From Candidatus Methylomirabilia bacterium (GTDB lineage: Bacteria > Methylomirabilota > Methylomirabilia > Rokubacteriales > CSP1-6): a stretch of 64,000 nt of DNA. The translations under genes and the position numbers were made by a program. Positions 1-13,039 of this stretch are shown piece by piece. Position 1 is the first letter of the stretch. Each line of letters begins with the position of its first letter. The stretch spans positions 5,936-69,935 of the forward strand of contig JBGPZD010000001.1 in assembly GCA_041493605.1 (NCBI GenBank). The letters run 5' to 3'. Below the pieces are notes generated by a model. That model was not told where the DNA came from. It made no database searches and saw only the letters and a program-made list of their open reading frames with translations.

Positions 1-26
1 AAAAAAGAGGCCGCAACTGCGGCCTC
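1..26 (-). terminator. Rho-independent terminator downstream of gyrA. On the minus strand the sequence reads GAGGCCGC-AGTT-GCGGCCTC followed by TTTTTT.
   Basis: Perfect 8-bp GC stem, 4-nt loop, 6-T tail immediately after the gyrA stop (TAG at 62..64, minus strand). Confidence 0.7.
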
Positions 27-61
27 CGTCCGCCCCGCCGGGCCAACCGCGCCGGCGAGGG

Positions 62-2512
62 CTACGCTGATGGCTCCCCGCCGCCGTTGCCGTTGTGCTC
101 GGCCTCCACGCGCGCGAGGCTGCCGACGTGGTCGTCGCTTTCGATGTCGATGATGCGGACGCCCATGGTATTGCGGCCCTGGCTGGTCACGTCGTCGGCG
201 TGGAGGCGGATCATCTTGCCCTTGGTCGTGACCACCAGGATGTCGTCGCCCTCGCGGATCTGGAGCATGCCGACGACCGCGCCATTCCGCCCCTCGGTCT
301 TGATGTCGATGATGCCCTTGCCGGCCCGGCCCTGGAGCCGGTATTCGTCCAGCGGCGTCCGCTTGCCGTAGCCGCGCTCGGTGACCGTGAGCACCGTGAC
401 ACCCTCCTGCACCATCTCGGCGGCGATGACCTGGTCATCCTCCTCGACGTCGATGCCACGCACCCCGGCGGCCGTGCGGCCCATCGGCCGCACTTCCTCC
501 TCCGGGAACCGGATGATCATGCCCTTCTTGGTCGAGAGCAGCACCTCCCGCTGGCCGTCGGTCCTTCGCGCCGCCATGACCTCATCGCCGTCCTCCAGCG
601 TGATGGCCTGGATGCCGCCCGCCCGGGGATGGGAGAAGGCGCTCAGCTCCGTCTTCTTCACCTTGCCCTGCTTCGTCGCGAAGAGGATGTAGCCGCCCGA
701 CTCGAAGTCGCGAACGGGCACGCAGGTGGCGACGGTCTCGCCTTCGCCCAGCGACAGGACGTTGACCATCGCCTTGCCCTTCGCCTGGCGGCCGCCCTCG
801 GGGATCTCGTGCACCTTGAGCCAGTGGACCTTGCCCCGGTTCGTGAAGAAGAGGAGGTATGAATGGGTCGAGGCCACGAAGAGGTCCTCGACGATGTCCT
901 CCTCCTTGGTCTCCATGCCGGTGACGCCCTTGCCGCCGCGCTTCTGGCTGCGGTAGGCCTCCACGTGGGTCCGCTTGATGTAGCCGGAGCGCGTGATGGT
1001 CACCACCATGTCCTCGTCCGCCAGCAGGTCCTCGATGGTGAGGTCGGCCGTCTCCTCGAGGATCTCGGTGCGCCGCTCGTCGCCGAACTCCGTCTTGAGG
1101 GCGTCCAGCTCCTCCTTGATGATTCCCATCAGCCGCTGCGCCGACGCCAGGATGCCCTTGAGGTCCGCGATCAGCGCCAGCGTCTGCTCGTGCTCCTCCA
1201 CGATCTTGTGGCGCTCGAGCTGGGTGAGGCGCTGCAGCCGCATGTCCAAGATGGCCTTGGCCTGGATCTCCGAGAGGTCCAGGCGGTTCATCAGGGCGTC
1301 TTTCGCGGCCTCGGGGCTCTCGGACTGCCGGATCAGGCGGATGACCACGTCCAGGTGGTCGACCGCCTTCCGCAGGCCTTCGAGGATATGCGCCCGCTCT
1401 TCGGCCCGGGCCAGGTCGTACTTCGTCCGCCGGGTCACCACTTCCCGGCGGAAGCTGATGAACTCCTGGAGCATCTGCTTGAGGGTGACCACCTGCGGGC
1501 GGCGTCCCACCAAGGCCAGCATGATGATGCCGAACGTGCTCTGCATGGGCGTGTGCTTGTAGAGCTGGTTGATCACGATCTGCGGGATCTCCCCGCGCCC
1601 CAGCTCGAGCACGACGCGCATGCCCTCGCGGCTCGACTCGTCCCGGCGCTCGCTGATCCCCTCGATCCTCTTGTCCCGGATCAGCTCGCCGATCTTCTCG
1701 ATCAGCGCCGCCTTGTTCACCTGGTACGGCAGCTCGGTGACGATGATCGCGTCGCGCCCGCCCCGCATCTTCTCGACGTGGGCCTTGGCCCGCAGCGTGA
1801 TGATGCCGCGCCCGGTGGTGTAGGCCTCGCGGATCCCCTGGCGGCCATAGATGTAGCCCCGCGTGGGGAAGTCGGGGCCCGGGACCATCTCCATCAGCTC
1901 GTCGATGCTGACGTCCGGGCTCTCGATGACCTTGATCAACGCGTTCACGACCTCGGAGAGGTTGTGGGGCGGGATGTTGGTCGCCATGCCCACGGCGATG
2001 CCCGACGAGCCGTTGACCAGGAGGTTCGGCACCTTGGTGGGCAGGACCGTGGGCTCCCGCTCCTTCTCGTCATAGTTTGGGACGAAGTCGACGGTGTCCC
2101 GCTCGATGTCGGCCAGGAGTTCGTGGGCGATCTTGGCGAGCCGCGCCTCGGTATAGCGCATGGCCGCCGCTGGGTCGCCGTCGATGGAGCCGAAGTTCCC
2201 CTGCCCGTCCACCAGCGGGTACCGCAGCGAGAACTCCTGGACCATCCGGACGAGCGCCTCGTAGATCGCCGAGTCGCCGTGGGGGTGGAACTTGCCCATG
2301 CAGTCGCCCACCACGCGCGCGCTCTTCTTGTACGGCCGATTCCAGTTGAGGCCGATCAGGTTCATCGTGTGCAGGACGCGGCGGTGAACGGGCTTGAGGC
2401 CGTCGCGGATGTCGGGCAGCGCCCGCCCGACGATCACGGACATGGCGTAGTCGAGGTACGACTTCCGCATCTCCTCTTCGATCGGGACCGGGGTCTGGCG
2501 TTCGGGGCTCAT
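62..2512 (-). CDS. gyrA: DNA gyrase subunit A
   Basis: 816-aa ORF. Hallmark motifs are present: the AAMRYTE active-site Tyr region, the QRRGGKG GyrA box and C-terminal beta-pinwheel repeats. It sits adjacent to gyrB. Confidence 0.95.
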   Translation of the reverse strand: MSPERQTPVPIEEEMRKSYLDYAMSVIVGRALPDIRDGLKPVHRRVLHTMNLIGLNWNRPYKKSARVVGDCMGKFHPHGDSAIYEALVRMVQEFSLRYPLVDGQGNFGSIDGDPAAAMRYTEARLAKIAHELLADIERDTVDFVPNYDEKEREPTVLPTKVPNLLVNGSSGIAVGMATNIPPHNLSEVVNALIKVIESPDVSIDELMEMVPGPDFPTRGYIYGRQGIREAYTTGRGIITLRAKAHVEKMRGGRDAIIVTELPYQVNKAALIEKIGELIRDKRIEGISERRDESSREGMRVVLELGRGEIPQIVINQLYKHTPMQSTFGIIMLALVGRRPQVVTLKQMLQEFISFRREVVTRRTKYDLARAEERAHILEGLRKAVDHLDVVIRLIRQSESPEAAKDALMNRLDLSEIQAKAILDMRLQRLTQLERHKIVEEHEQTLALIADLKGILASAQRLMGIIKEELDALKTEFGDERRTEILEETADLTIEDLLADEDMVVTITRSGYIKRTHVEAYRSQKRGGKGVTGMETKEEDIVEDLFVASTHSYLLFFTNRGKVHWLKVHEIPEGGRQAKGKAMVNVLSLGEGETVATCVPVRDFESGGYILFATKQGKVKKTELSAFSHPRAGGIQAITLEDGDEVMAARRTDGQREVLLSTKKGMIIRFPEEEVRPMGRTAAGVRGIDVEEDDQVIAAEMVQEGVTVLTVTERGYGKRTPLDEYRLQGRAGKGIIDIKTEGRNGAVVGMLQIREGDDILVVTTKGKMIRLHADDVTSQGRNTMGVRIIDIESDDHVGSLARVEAEHNGNGGGEPSA

Positions 2513-2530
2513 GAGGGAAGCGTCGGGCTC

Positions 2531-6000
<3,470 letters not shown>

Positions 6001-6022
6001 CGATTTCCGCTCCCATGGGACG

Positions 6023-7117
6023 TCAAATCCTCATGGGCATAATAACACAGAGCGCACCGTCTTCCTCGAAGCTTTTGATCACTCCGGGACTCAATCCATC
6101 CTTTACTTCGAGAATGATCTGCTCGCCCGTCTGCGCTCCGAGCGCGTCCAGCACATAGCGGGAATTGAATCCGATCGTGATCTCCTCGCCGGCGTATTGA
6201 ATCTCAACCTGCTCCTCGGCCTCCCCGAAATCCGGGCTGTACGCGGTCATTTTCAGGACGCCCGATGACAGAACGAACTTGACCGGCTTCGTGCGCTCCT
6301 CCGAGAGCACCGAGACCCGCCGTAGCGCCGCCGTCAGCGCCCCTCGCGCGATCGTGATGCGGTGCGGGTGCGCCTTCGGGACAACCTGCTCGTAATTCGG
6401 GAACGTCCCTTCGATCAGCCGCGCGATCAGCAGCACATTGGGCATTCGCAGCATGAACTGGTTCTCTCCGACGGTGATCTGGACCTCCTCCCCGGAGCCC
6501 ACAATGCGCGCGATCTCCTGGACGGCCTTCCGAGGCACGATACCGGACACCGCCGGCGCCCCGGCGGGCAGCGCGCGAACCGCCAGCGCCAGCCGGTGCC
6601 CATCGGTCGCGACCAGCCGCAGCTCCGTGTCGCGCACGACAAAGAGCACTCCGTTCAGCGCGTAGCGGCTCTCGTCGTGGGAGATGGCGAAGGTGGTCTG
6701 GGTCAGCATGTCGCGCAACATCTTGCCGTCGACGGTGATCCAGCTGGCCCCGGCCCCGTCGCCCACCGCCGGAAAATCCTCAGGGGTAAGCCCCACGAGC
6801 TTGTAGGACACTCCGCCGCACCGCAGCGCCACCCAGGCGTTCTCCTGGACTTTGAGGGACAGCGGTGCCGCCGGCAACTCCTTGACGATCTCCATGAGCT
6901 TCCGGGCCGATATCGTGATGGCCCCGGCCGCGGCCACCTTGGCCGGCGCCGACACCCGCACCCCGACCTCGAGGTCCGTGGCGGTCATCCGCACCGTGTC
7001 CCCCTGGGCCTCGAGCAGCACGTTGGCCAGGATGGGCAGCGTCTGGCGGGGCTCGACCACGTTGTGTACCATCTGGAGCCCGCGGAGAAACGCATCGCGA
7101 TCCACATGGACTTCCAT
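6023..7117 (-). CDS. dnaN: DNA polymerase III beta sliding clamp
   Basis: Starts MEVHVDRDAFLRGLQMVHNVVE with a GGAGG RBS upstream. ~365 aa, typical DnaN length, ending ...LCVIMPMRI. The track ORF 6023..7372 is extended upstream across the AT-rich intergenic region and is not used. Confidence 0.9.
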   Translation of the reverse strand: MEVHVDRDAFLRGLQMVHNVVEPRQTLPILANVLLEAQGDTVRMTATDLEVGVRVSAPAKVAAAGAITISARKLMEIVKELPAAPLSLKVQENAWVALRCGGVSYKLVGLTPEDFPAVGDGAGASWITVDGKMLRDMLTQTTFAISHDESRYALNGVLFVVRDTELRLVATDGHRLALAVRALPAGAPAVSGIVPRKAVQEIARIVGSGEEVQITVGENQFMLRMPNVLLIARLIEGTFPNYEQVVPKAHPHRITIARGALTAALRRVSVLSEERTKPVKFVLSSGVLKMTAYSPDFGEAEEQVEIQYAGEEITIGFNSRYVLDALGAQTGEQIILEVKDGLSPGVIKSFEEDGALCVIMPMRI

Positions 7118-7283
7118 AAAAGCCTCCGTTATTGAGGTAAGTAAGAAAACATCAAAATCAGTCGTCGTAAGAGGAGGCGGAGGTGTGGGTAGCGCGGAGT
7201 GCGCGGAAACGCATTGAACGGAAGGATGTTGGACGCGCGAAAATTGTGGACAGGATCGTGGATTGAGTGCCGGGCCGCTGGGA
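7118..7283. promoter_or_regulatory. AT-rich dnaA-dnaN intergenic region. Candidate DNA-unwinding element and part of oriC.
   Basis: Strikingly AT-rich run (ccataaaagcctccgttattgaggtaagtaagaaaacatcaaaatcag) in a ~68% GC genome. Degenerate DnaA-box-like TTGTGGACA and TGTGGGTAG are nearby. Confidence 0.45.
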
Positions 7284-8603
7284 TCACAGGTTGATGCTCT
7301 GGGTAAGTGTGTCCAGAGTCTTCTTGAATTTGGGATCTTCGCGGAGCAGCGCCTGGATCTTGTCGACCGCATGGAGAACGGTGGTATGGTCCTTGCCTCC
7401 GAAGGCGCGGCCGATCTCTGCGAGCGACATGTGGGTGAGCTGGCGGGCCAAGTACATGGCGATCTGGCGTGGGAAGGCCACGGCCTTGGTTCGGTTCTTG
7501 GCCCGCATGTCGGAGAGCTTGATGCCGAAGAACTCCGACGCCTTCCGCTGGATGTGCTCCACCGTGATGATGCGTTCTTCCTCCCCCCAGAGATCGGAGA
7601 GGACCTCCTGGGCCAAGTCGACGCTCATCTCGCGGCCGCTGAGCGAGCAGAAGGCAACCATGCGGGTGAGCGACCCCTCGATCTCGCGGATGTTCGCCTT
7701 GATGCGGGACGCGATCAAGTACGCCACGTCGTCGGGCAGACGGACACGCTCGATCTCCGCCTTCTTCTTGAGAATGGCGACGCGCGTCTCGAAGTCGGGG
7801 GGCTGGATGTCTGCGATGAGCCCCCACTCGAAGCGGGAGCGGAGCCGCTCCTCAATCTCGGGGATTTCTTTTGGCGCGGAATCGGACGAGACGACGATTT
7901 GTTTCCGCGCTTCGTAGAGGTCGTTGAAGGTGTGGAAGAACTCCTCCTGGGTGCGTTCCTTCCCCGAGATGAACTGGATGTCGTCGATCAGGAGTAGGTC
8001 GATGGTGCGGTACTTCGCCCGGAATTCCGCGGTGCGGTCGTAGCGGATGGCGTTGATCAGGTCGTTGGTGAACCGCTCCGAGGAGAGGTAGAGGAGCTTC
8101 ATGGTCGGATACAGGCGGGCGATCTGGTGGCCAACGGCGTGCAACAGGTGGGTCTTGCCCAGGCCGACACCGCCGTAGATGAACAGCGGGTTGTAGGCCT
8201 TGGAGGGCAGCTCCGCGACTGCCTGACAAGCCGCCTGGGCGAACTGGTTGGAGTTGCCGACGACGAAGGACTGGAACGTGTAGCGAGAGGACAGGCCCGT
8301 GGCAAGCGCGGCCGGCGCGGATGCGCTGGGCGCGGTTGGCGCGGGCGCGGCGCGCCCCGGCTCACGGTCGAGCTCGATGACGACGCGCGGGGCGCCGCCG
8401 AGCACATCGCGCGCGGCGGCTTCGAGCGCGGCGACGTGGTGCTGGGTCAGCCAGTCGCGCGTGAACTTGTTCGGGGCTGCGACGCGAAGGATATCGCCGT
8501 CGATCGCGGCCAGCCGGCAGGGCCGCAGCCAGGAGTCGAGGGCCGTATCGGGCAGCTTGCCCTCAAGTGTAGCGAGGAGCCGCTGCCACAAGGAGTCAAG
8601 CAT
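7284..8603 (-). CDS. dnaA: Chromosomal replication initiator DnaA
   Basis: 439 aa. AAA+ Walker A GGVGLGKTHLLHA. C-terminal DNA-binding helix-turn-helix region (AFPRQIAMYLARQLTHMSLAEIGRAFGGKDHTTVLHA). Confidence 0.95.
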   Translation of the reverse strand: MLDSLWQRLLATLEGKLPDTALDSWLRPCRLAAIDGDILRVAAPNKFTRDWLTQHHVAALEAAARDVLGGAPRVVIELDREPGRAAPAPTAPSASAPAALATGLSSRYTFQSFVVGNSNQFAQAACQAVAELPSKAYNPLFIYGGVGLGKTHLLHAVGHQIARLYPTMKLLYLSSERFTNDLINAIRYDRTAEFRAKYRTIDLLLIDDIQFISGKERTQEEFFHTFNDLYEARKQIVVSSDSAPKEIPEIEERLRSRFEWGLIADIQPPDFETRVAILKKKAEIERVRLPDDVAYLIASRIKANIREIEGSLTRMVAFCSLSGREMSVDLAQEVLSDLWGEEERIITVEHIQRKASEFFGIKLSDMRAKNRTKAVAFPRQIAMYLARQLTHMSLAEIGRAFGGKDHTTVLHAVDKIQALLREDPKFKKTLDTLTQSINL

Positions 8604-8947
8604 TTTCGATAGTTTGTCCGAGCCTGGGGAGGGAAGTTACACACAGAGTTATCCACAGGTGTGGATAAGCTTGGGCGATTCGGCTGGGCTGGCATTTCGA
8701 ACCGGCGCTGCGGCGGACCAGGTCGCAACCTGTCATCGTGTCAACCGAGAGCGAACGGGGAACCGCTAGCCCTGAGCCTCGTTCCTCGCAGGAGCGCCGG
8801 CCAGCCCGGGCCCGCTTCGCGTGGAGCGTGGGAGTGCGAACCTTACCACAGCGCGAAACGTCCTCGCAAGAGGGTTGCGCGCCTTGACTTGCCGAGGAGT
8901 GGTCAGTAGACTACGGTGGTTCTGCGAGCGAGAGGGGGGAATTCTCC
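8604..8947. promoter_or_regulatory. dnaA upstream region with inverted perfect DnaA boxes (TTATCCACA at 8648..8656 and TGTGGATAA at 8659..8667). Candidate oriC box cluster and dnaA autoregulatory site.
   Basis: Two consensus 9-mers, TTATCCACAggTGTGGATAA, in palindromic arrangement, plus a weaker TTACCACAG near 8843. Located between dnaA and rpmH. Confidence 0.6.
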
Positions 8948-9082
8948 ATGAAGAGGACGTTTCAGCCGAATGTGCGCCGCCGGAAGAAGACGCACGGTTT
9001 TCGAGAGCGGATGAAGACACAGGGCGGGCGCAAGGTGCTCAAGCGGCGGCGCGCGAAAGGGCGCAAGCGGCTGACCGTCTAG
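8948..9082 (+). CDS. rpmH: 50S ribosomal protein L34
   Basis: Translates [44 protein letters not shown]. Below the ORF-track size cut-off. A GGGGGGA RBS lies upstream. Confidence 0.9.
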   Translation: MKRTFQPNVRRRKKTHGFRERMKTQGGRKVLKRRRAKGRKRLTV

Positions 9083-9089
9083 CCGAAAC

Positions 9090-9464
9090 GTGGCCCGCCG
9101 GTCCGGCGCCGCGCTGAGGCTCCCCCGCCGCGAACGGCTCCGCCGGGCGGCCGACATCCAAGCCCTGTTCCAGCGGGGCAAGCGGGAAGAGAGCACGAGT
9201 TTCGTCGCCCTGTGGCGTGTCGACCAGCCCGGCCGCGCGGCCGGCTTCGCCGTGAGCCGCCAGCTGCGGGGCGCGGTGGATCGCAACCGCGCCCGTCGGC
9301 GGTTGCGCGAGGCGTACCGGCACCACCAGGCGGCTCTCCCCCACGGTGTTCAGGTCGTGTTCATCGCGCGTCCCACTGCCCTGACGCGGCCGTTCCGAGA
9401 TTTGTTGGGGGAAATGGAACGGATCGTCGAGGCCCTGGCGCGCGCCGGGAGGAGCAGCTCGTGA
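9090..9464 (+). CDS. rnpA: Ribonuclease P protein component
   Basis: Small basic protein directly after rpmH. RnpA-like motifs RLPRRERLRRAADIQALF ... FAVSRQLRGAVDRNRARRRLRE. The exact start is uncertain. Confidence 0.8.
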   Translation: MARRSGAALRLPRRERLRRAADIQALFQRGKREESTSFVALWRVDQPGRAAGFAVSRQLRGAVDRNRARRRLREAYRHHQAALPHGVQVVFIARPTALTRPFRDLLGEMERIVEALARAGRSSS

Positions 9465-9709
9465 CGGCAGTCGGCCGTGCGGCCGCGCTGGTGGTGCGCG
9501 GGTACCAGAACCTCATACGCCCGTTCCTGCCGCCTGCGTGCCGCTTCGAGCCGAGCTGCTCCGATTACAGCCGGCAGGTGTTGATCACCCACGGGCTCAT
9601 GCGCGGCGGGTGGCTGACCGTCCGCCGGATCGGGCGTTGCCACCCGTGGCACCCCGGAGGGTACGATCCGCCGCCCCCGCACCTGCCACCACAGACACCG
9701 GGAGCCTAA
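9461..9709 (+). CDS. yidD: Membrane protein insertion efficiency factor YidD
   Basis: GTG start overlapping the rnpA stop. Conserved YidD motif YQNLIRPFLPPACRFEPSCSDYSRQVLITHG. Confidence 0.8.
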   Translation: MTAVGRAAALVVRGYQNLIRPFLPPACRFEPSCSDYSRQVLITHGLMRGGWLTVRRIGRCHPWHPGGYDPPPPHLPPQTPGA

Positions 9710-11475
9710 TGGAGAAGCGAGCGATCGTCGCCGCCATGCTGATGGCGGGCCTGCTGCTGGTTTACCAGTTCCTGTTCGTGACGCCGCAGGAACCCAAGCA
9801 GGCTCCGGCTCCACAGAAGGCCGAGGCGCCGATGGCGCCGGCGGCCGCGCCGAGCCCGCCGCCGCCCGTCTCGAGTCCCCCACCTCCCCTGCCCGGGAAA
9901 GATCTCCCACAGGTTCCCGAGCGGTCCGTCGTGGTAGAGACGCCTCTGTATCGGGCCGTTATCGGGAGCGTGGGCGGTGCCATCCAGGCCTGGGAGCTGC
10001 GGTACCGGGGGAACAAACCGATGGTCCTGCCCGGGGTCATCAGCTCTCAAGGACTGACCGTGTACACCCCCGGGCAGGCTCCGCGGGTGTTGGCGTTCGC
10101 CATTACAGGAGACTCCCTGAAGCTCGACACGGAACGGCCAGAGGGCGAACTGCGCCTCGTGGGGGACGATGGGTTCGGGCTTCGCGTGACCCAGGTACTC
10201 CGGTTCCGGGCCGACAGTTACGTGGTCGATCGGGAAATCAAAGTCGAGAACCGGCATCGCGTGCCCCTGAGCGCGGGGCTTGCCCTGAACTGGACGGCGC
10301 CGGTCGAACGGTCGAAAGATCTGGAGGAGAACTTCAAGGGGCCCCGCCCGCTCCATGTGGTCCGGCTCGAGAGCGGAGCCTTCTGGGCGCGCCGCGAGAG
10401 TCTCGCCCAGGCGCAGGACGTCGTCGGCGCCGGCCGGTGGACGGCCTTCGAGAGCGCCATGGCGCCAGTGGGGGCCAACGGTGTGTACCTGACCGCCGTG
10501 ATACCCGGCGCGCCCGACATCAAGGTGACCGAAGCGAGAATCGCCGACCCGGCGGGAAAGGAAGGAAAGGCTCCGAAGGCCGCGGAAATCGGCGTCCGGG
10601 TCACAGTGTCTGCGCTCGCGCCTGGTCAGGCATGGCAGGGACGCGTGCGGAGCTACCTTGGCCCGATGGAGTACGATCGCCTGAAGGCGCTCGGCGTCGG
10701 GCTCGAGAAGGCGATTTACTTCGGCGGATTCCCATTCCTCGAATCGTGGGCCCAGAAGTGGGGCGTGCCGACCATCCCGATGGAGTGGATCGTCGTGCCG
10801 ACCCTGGAGTTCATGCAATGGCTCTATAAGTACACTCGGAATTACGGGATTGTGATCATCCTCCTGACGGTGCTGATCAAGCTGGTGTTCTTCCCGCTCA
10901 CCGTGAAGAGCATGACTTCGATGAAGGCGATGCAGGCCCTGCAGCCGCAGATCAACGCCCTTCGCTCCAAGTACAAGAACGACTCGCAGCGGATCCAGCA
11001 GGAGACCATGGCGCTCTACCGGCAGCACAAGGTCAACCCGCTGGGCGGCTGCCTGCCCATGGTCGTGCAGATTCCGGTCTTCATCGCCTTGTACGTCGCA
11101 CTCTCGGTATCGGCCGAGCTGCAGAATCAGCCCTTCATCTGCTTCGGCGAGGCGCCGCGGTGGCTTCCCCTGCTCGGCGGGCAAGACGTGTGGATCTGCA
11201 ACCTGGCCGGGGCGGACCCCACCTATGTGCTGCCGATTCTCATGGGCGTGTCCATGTTCATCCAGCAGAAGATCACGCCGGTCATGGGTGACCCGCGCCA
11301 GGCGAAGATGATGATGTTCATGCCGATCCTGTTCACCTACTTCTTCCTCTCCATGGCATCCGGGTTGGTGCTGTACTGGACCCTCTCCAACGTGCTCCAG
11401 ATCGGCCAGCAGAAATACATGGAGCGGCACGGCAAGACGGAGAACGCGCCGGTCCGCGCCGCCAAGAAGGCGTGA
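9709..11475 (+). CDS. yidC: Membrane protein insertase YidC
   Basis: Starts MEKRAIVAAMLMAGLLLVYQF, overlapping the yidD stop (TAATG). Pro/Ala-rich periplasmic linker. C-terminal Oxa1/YidC core (NYGIVIILLTVLIKLVFFPLT ... QPQINALRSKYKNDSQRIQQETMALY). Confidence 0.9.
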   Translation: MEKRAIVAAMLMAGLLLVYQFLFVTPQEPKQAPAPQKAEAPMAPAAAPSPPPPVSSPPPPLPGKDLPQVPERSVVVETPLYRAVIGSVGGAIQAWELRYRGNKPMVLPGVISSQGLTVYTPGQAPRVLAFAITGDSLKLDTERPEGELRLVGDDGFGLRVTQVLRFRADSYVVDREIKVENRHRVPLSAGLALNWTAPVERSKDLEENFKGPRPLHVVRLESGAFWARRESLAQAQDVVGAGRWTAFESAMAPVGANGVYLTAVIPGAPDIKVTEARIADPAGKEGKAPKAAEIGVRVTVSALAPGQAWQGRVRSYLGPMEYDRLKALGVGLEKAIYFGGFPFLESWAQKWGVPTIPMEWIVVPTLEFMQWLYKYTRNYGIVIILLTVLIKLVFFPLTVKSMTSMKAMQALQPQINALRSKYKNDSQRIQQETMALYRQHKVNPLGGCLPMVVQIPVFIALYVALSVSAELQNQPFICFGEAPRWLPLLGGQDVWICNLAGADPTYVLPILMGVSMFIQQKITPVMGDPRQAKMMMFMPILFTYFFLSMASGLVLYWTLSNVLQIGQQKYMERHGKTENAPVRAAKKA

Positions 11476-11551
11476 GGCCGGCGGCGTTCCCGCCATCCTC
11501 CCCCGCCCTGTCCGGTCGGATCGTCGCCCGATTCCCCCTCGGAAAATAGCC

Positions 11552-12211
11552 GTGCCCGCCCGCCCGCGAGATCCGCTGGAGCCGCTCGCGGCCGCGATCC
11601 GCGCGCTCACGGGGCGGCCGGCCTCGGGCGAGGAGCGCGCGCGCTTCGCGCGCTACCTCGATCTTCTGCTCCAGTGGAACCGCGTTCACCGGATGACGGC
11701 CCTCGACTCGCCGAGGGAAATCGCCCGAAGCCTCTTTCAAGACTCGCTTCTGCTCCTTCCACTTCTGCCCCGGGGACCTCTCAGGATGGTCGACATCGGA
11801 GCCGGGGCCGGGATCCCTGGGGTCCCCCTGCGGATTGTCGAGCCCCGGATCGCCCTGACCCTCATTGAGGCCAAGCGAAAGAGGGTCTCCTTTCTCGCTG
11901 CCCTCAGGCGCGAACTTGGATTGGAGGACATGGAGATTCTGGAGGGCAGAGCGGAAGATATCATCACTCAATTACCTAATTTAATTGGGAGATTCGATGT
12001 TGCTGTCGCGCGCGCGGTAGGCCCAATGCGGAAGCTGCTTCCGGTTGTTGCCGGATACCTGAGGCCAGGCGGGATCTTTTTAGCTCCCGGCCCACCCCAG
12101 CCCCCTGCCGTGCCGCCAGCACATGCCGGCATGTTGAGTCGCTGGGAGCGGGTGCCCTACCCCGCGCTCGGGCTAAGCCGGGTACTGTTTGTGGCCTCCA
12201 AAGAGGCTTGA
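11552..12211 (+). CDS. rsmG: 16S rRNA (guanine527-N7)-methyltransferase RsmG
   Basis: GTG start. SAM-binding motif VDIGAGAGIPGVPL. Canonical position before parAB. Confidence 0.85.
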   Translation: MPARPRDPLEPLAAAIRALTGRPASGEERARFARYLDLLLQWNRVHRMTALDSPREIARSLFQDSLLLLPLLPRGPLRMVDIGAGAGIPGVPLRIVEPRIALTLIEAKRKRVSFLAALRRELGLEDMEILEGRAEDIITQLPNLIGRFDVAVARAVGPMRKLLPVVAGYLRPGGIFLAPGPPQPPAVPPAHAGMLSRWERVPYPALGLSRVLFVASKEA

Positions 12212-12233
12212 AACCAAGCGGATCCTAGGGTAA

Positions 12234-12264
12234 TGTTCCACGTGGAACTGTTCCACGTGGAACA
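12234..12264. promoter_or_regulatory. Two tandem parS-like centromere sites: TGTTCCACGTGGAACt and TGTTCCACGTGGAACA.
   Basis: Each is a perfect 14-bp palindrome, GTTCCACGTGGAAC. Each has one mismatch per half-site to the canonical parS TGTTTCACGTGAAACA. They sit immediately upstream of parA. Confidence 0.75.
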
Positions 12265-12277
12265 CCAAGGGGGGCAA

Positions 12278-13039
12278 GTGGGCCGAATCATTGCGGTTGT
12301 CAACCAGAAGGGCGGAGTGGGCAAGACGACTACCGCGATCAATGTGGCCGCCGGGCTGGCTCTGGCCGAGAAGAAGACCCTCCTCATCGATCTGGACCCT
12401 CAGGGCAATGCGACGACTGGCCTCGGAATCAGCAAGAAGGAAGTCGCCCACACGATTTACCACGTCCTCCTGGAAGGGGTGCCCATCGCCCAGGCCGTCC
12501 GGCCCACCGACCTGAAACTCCTGTCGATCATTCCCTCGGACATCGACTTGGTGGGAGCGGAAATCGAGCTCGTGACGTCCGAGGACCGCGAGCGACGGCT
12601 CAAGCACGCCCTGGGCTCGATATCGAGCCAGTACGATTACATCGTCATCGACTGTCCTCCCTCGCTCAGCCTGCTGACGCTCAATGCCCTCGCCGCGGCG
12701 GATTCGGCGCTCGTGCCCCTCCAGTGCGAGTACTACGCCATGGAAGGGCTGGCGCATATTCTCAGGACGATCACTCTGGTTCGGGAACGCCTCAACCCCG
12801 GCCTCAAGGTGGAAGGTATCGTGCTCACGATGTACGACGGCCGCACAAGCCTTGCGGCCCAAGTCAAGGCCGAGGTGCAGCAGCATCTTGGCGCCCAGGT
12901 TCTGACTACGATCATCCCCCGCAATATCCGACTCACCGAGGCCCCCAGCCACGGTAAGCCGATCATGCTCTACGACCTCCGGTCATCCGGGGCCACGGCG
13001 TATCTCGAACTCACCAAGGAGGTGCTCGCGCATGGCTAA
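12278..13039 (+). CDS. parA: Chromosome partitioning ATPase ParA/Soj
   Basis: GTG start after an AAGGGGGG RBS. Deviant Walker A VVNQKGGVGKTTTAIN. The track ORF start at 12233 lies inside the parS repeats and is probably not used. Confidence 0.85.
   Translation: MGRIIAVVNQKGGVGKTTTAINVAAGLALAEKKTLLIDLDPQGNATTGLGISKKEVAHTIYHVLLEGVPIAQAVRPTDLKLLSIIPSDIDLVGAEIELVTSEDRERRLKHALGSISSQYDYIVIDCPPSLSLLTLNALAAADSALVPLQCEYYAMEGLAHILRTITLVRERLNPGLKVEGIVLTMYDGRTSLAAQVKAEVQQHLGAQVLTTIIPRNIRLTEAPSHGKPIMLYDLRSSGATAYLELTKEVLAHG

Noticed and set aside
9762-10829. Internal or antisense ORFs within yidC (9762..10040 -, 10218..10604 -, 10437..10829 +)
   Set aside because: Embedded in the Pro/Ala-rich yidC linker and periplasmic-domain coding region. 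Compositional artefacts.
12233-12277. ATG at 12233 as the parA start (MFHVELFHVEH...)
   Set aside because: These codons are the parS palindromes read as protein. The GTG at 12278 with a good RBS gives a canonical ParA N-terminus.
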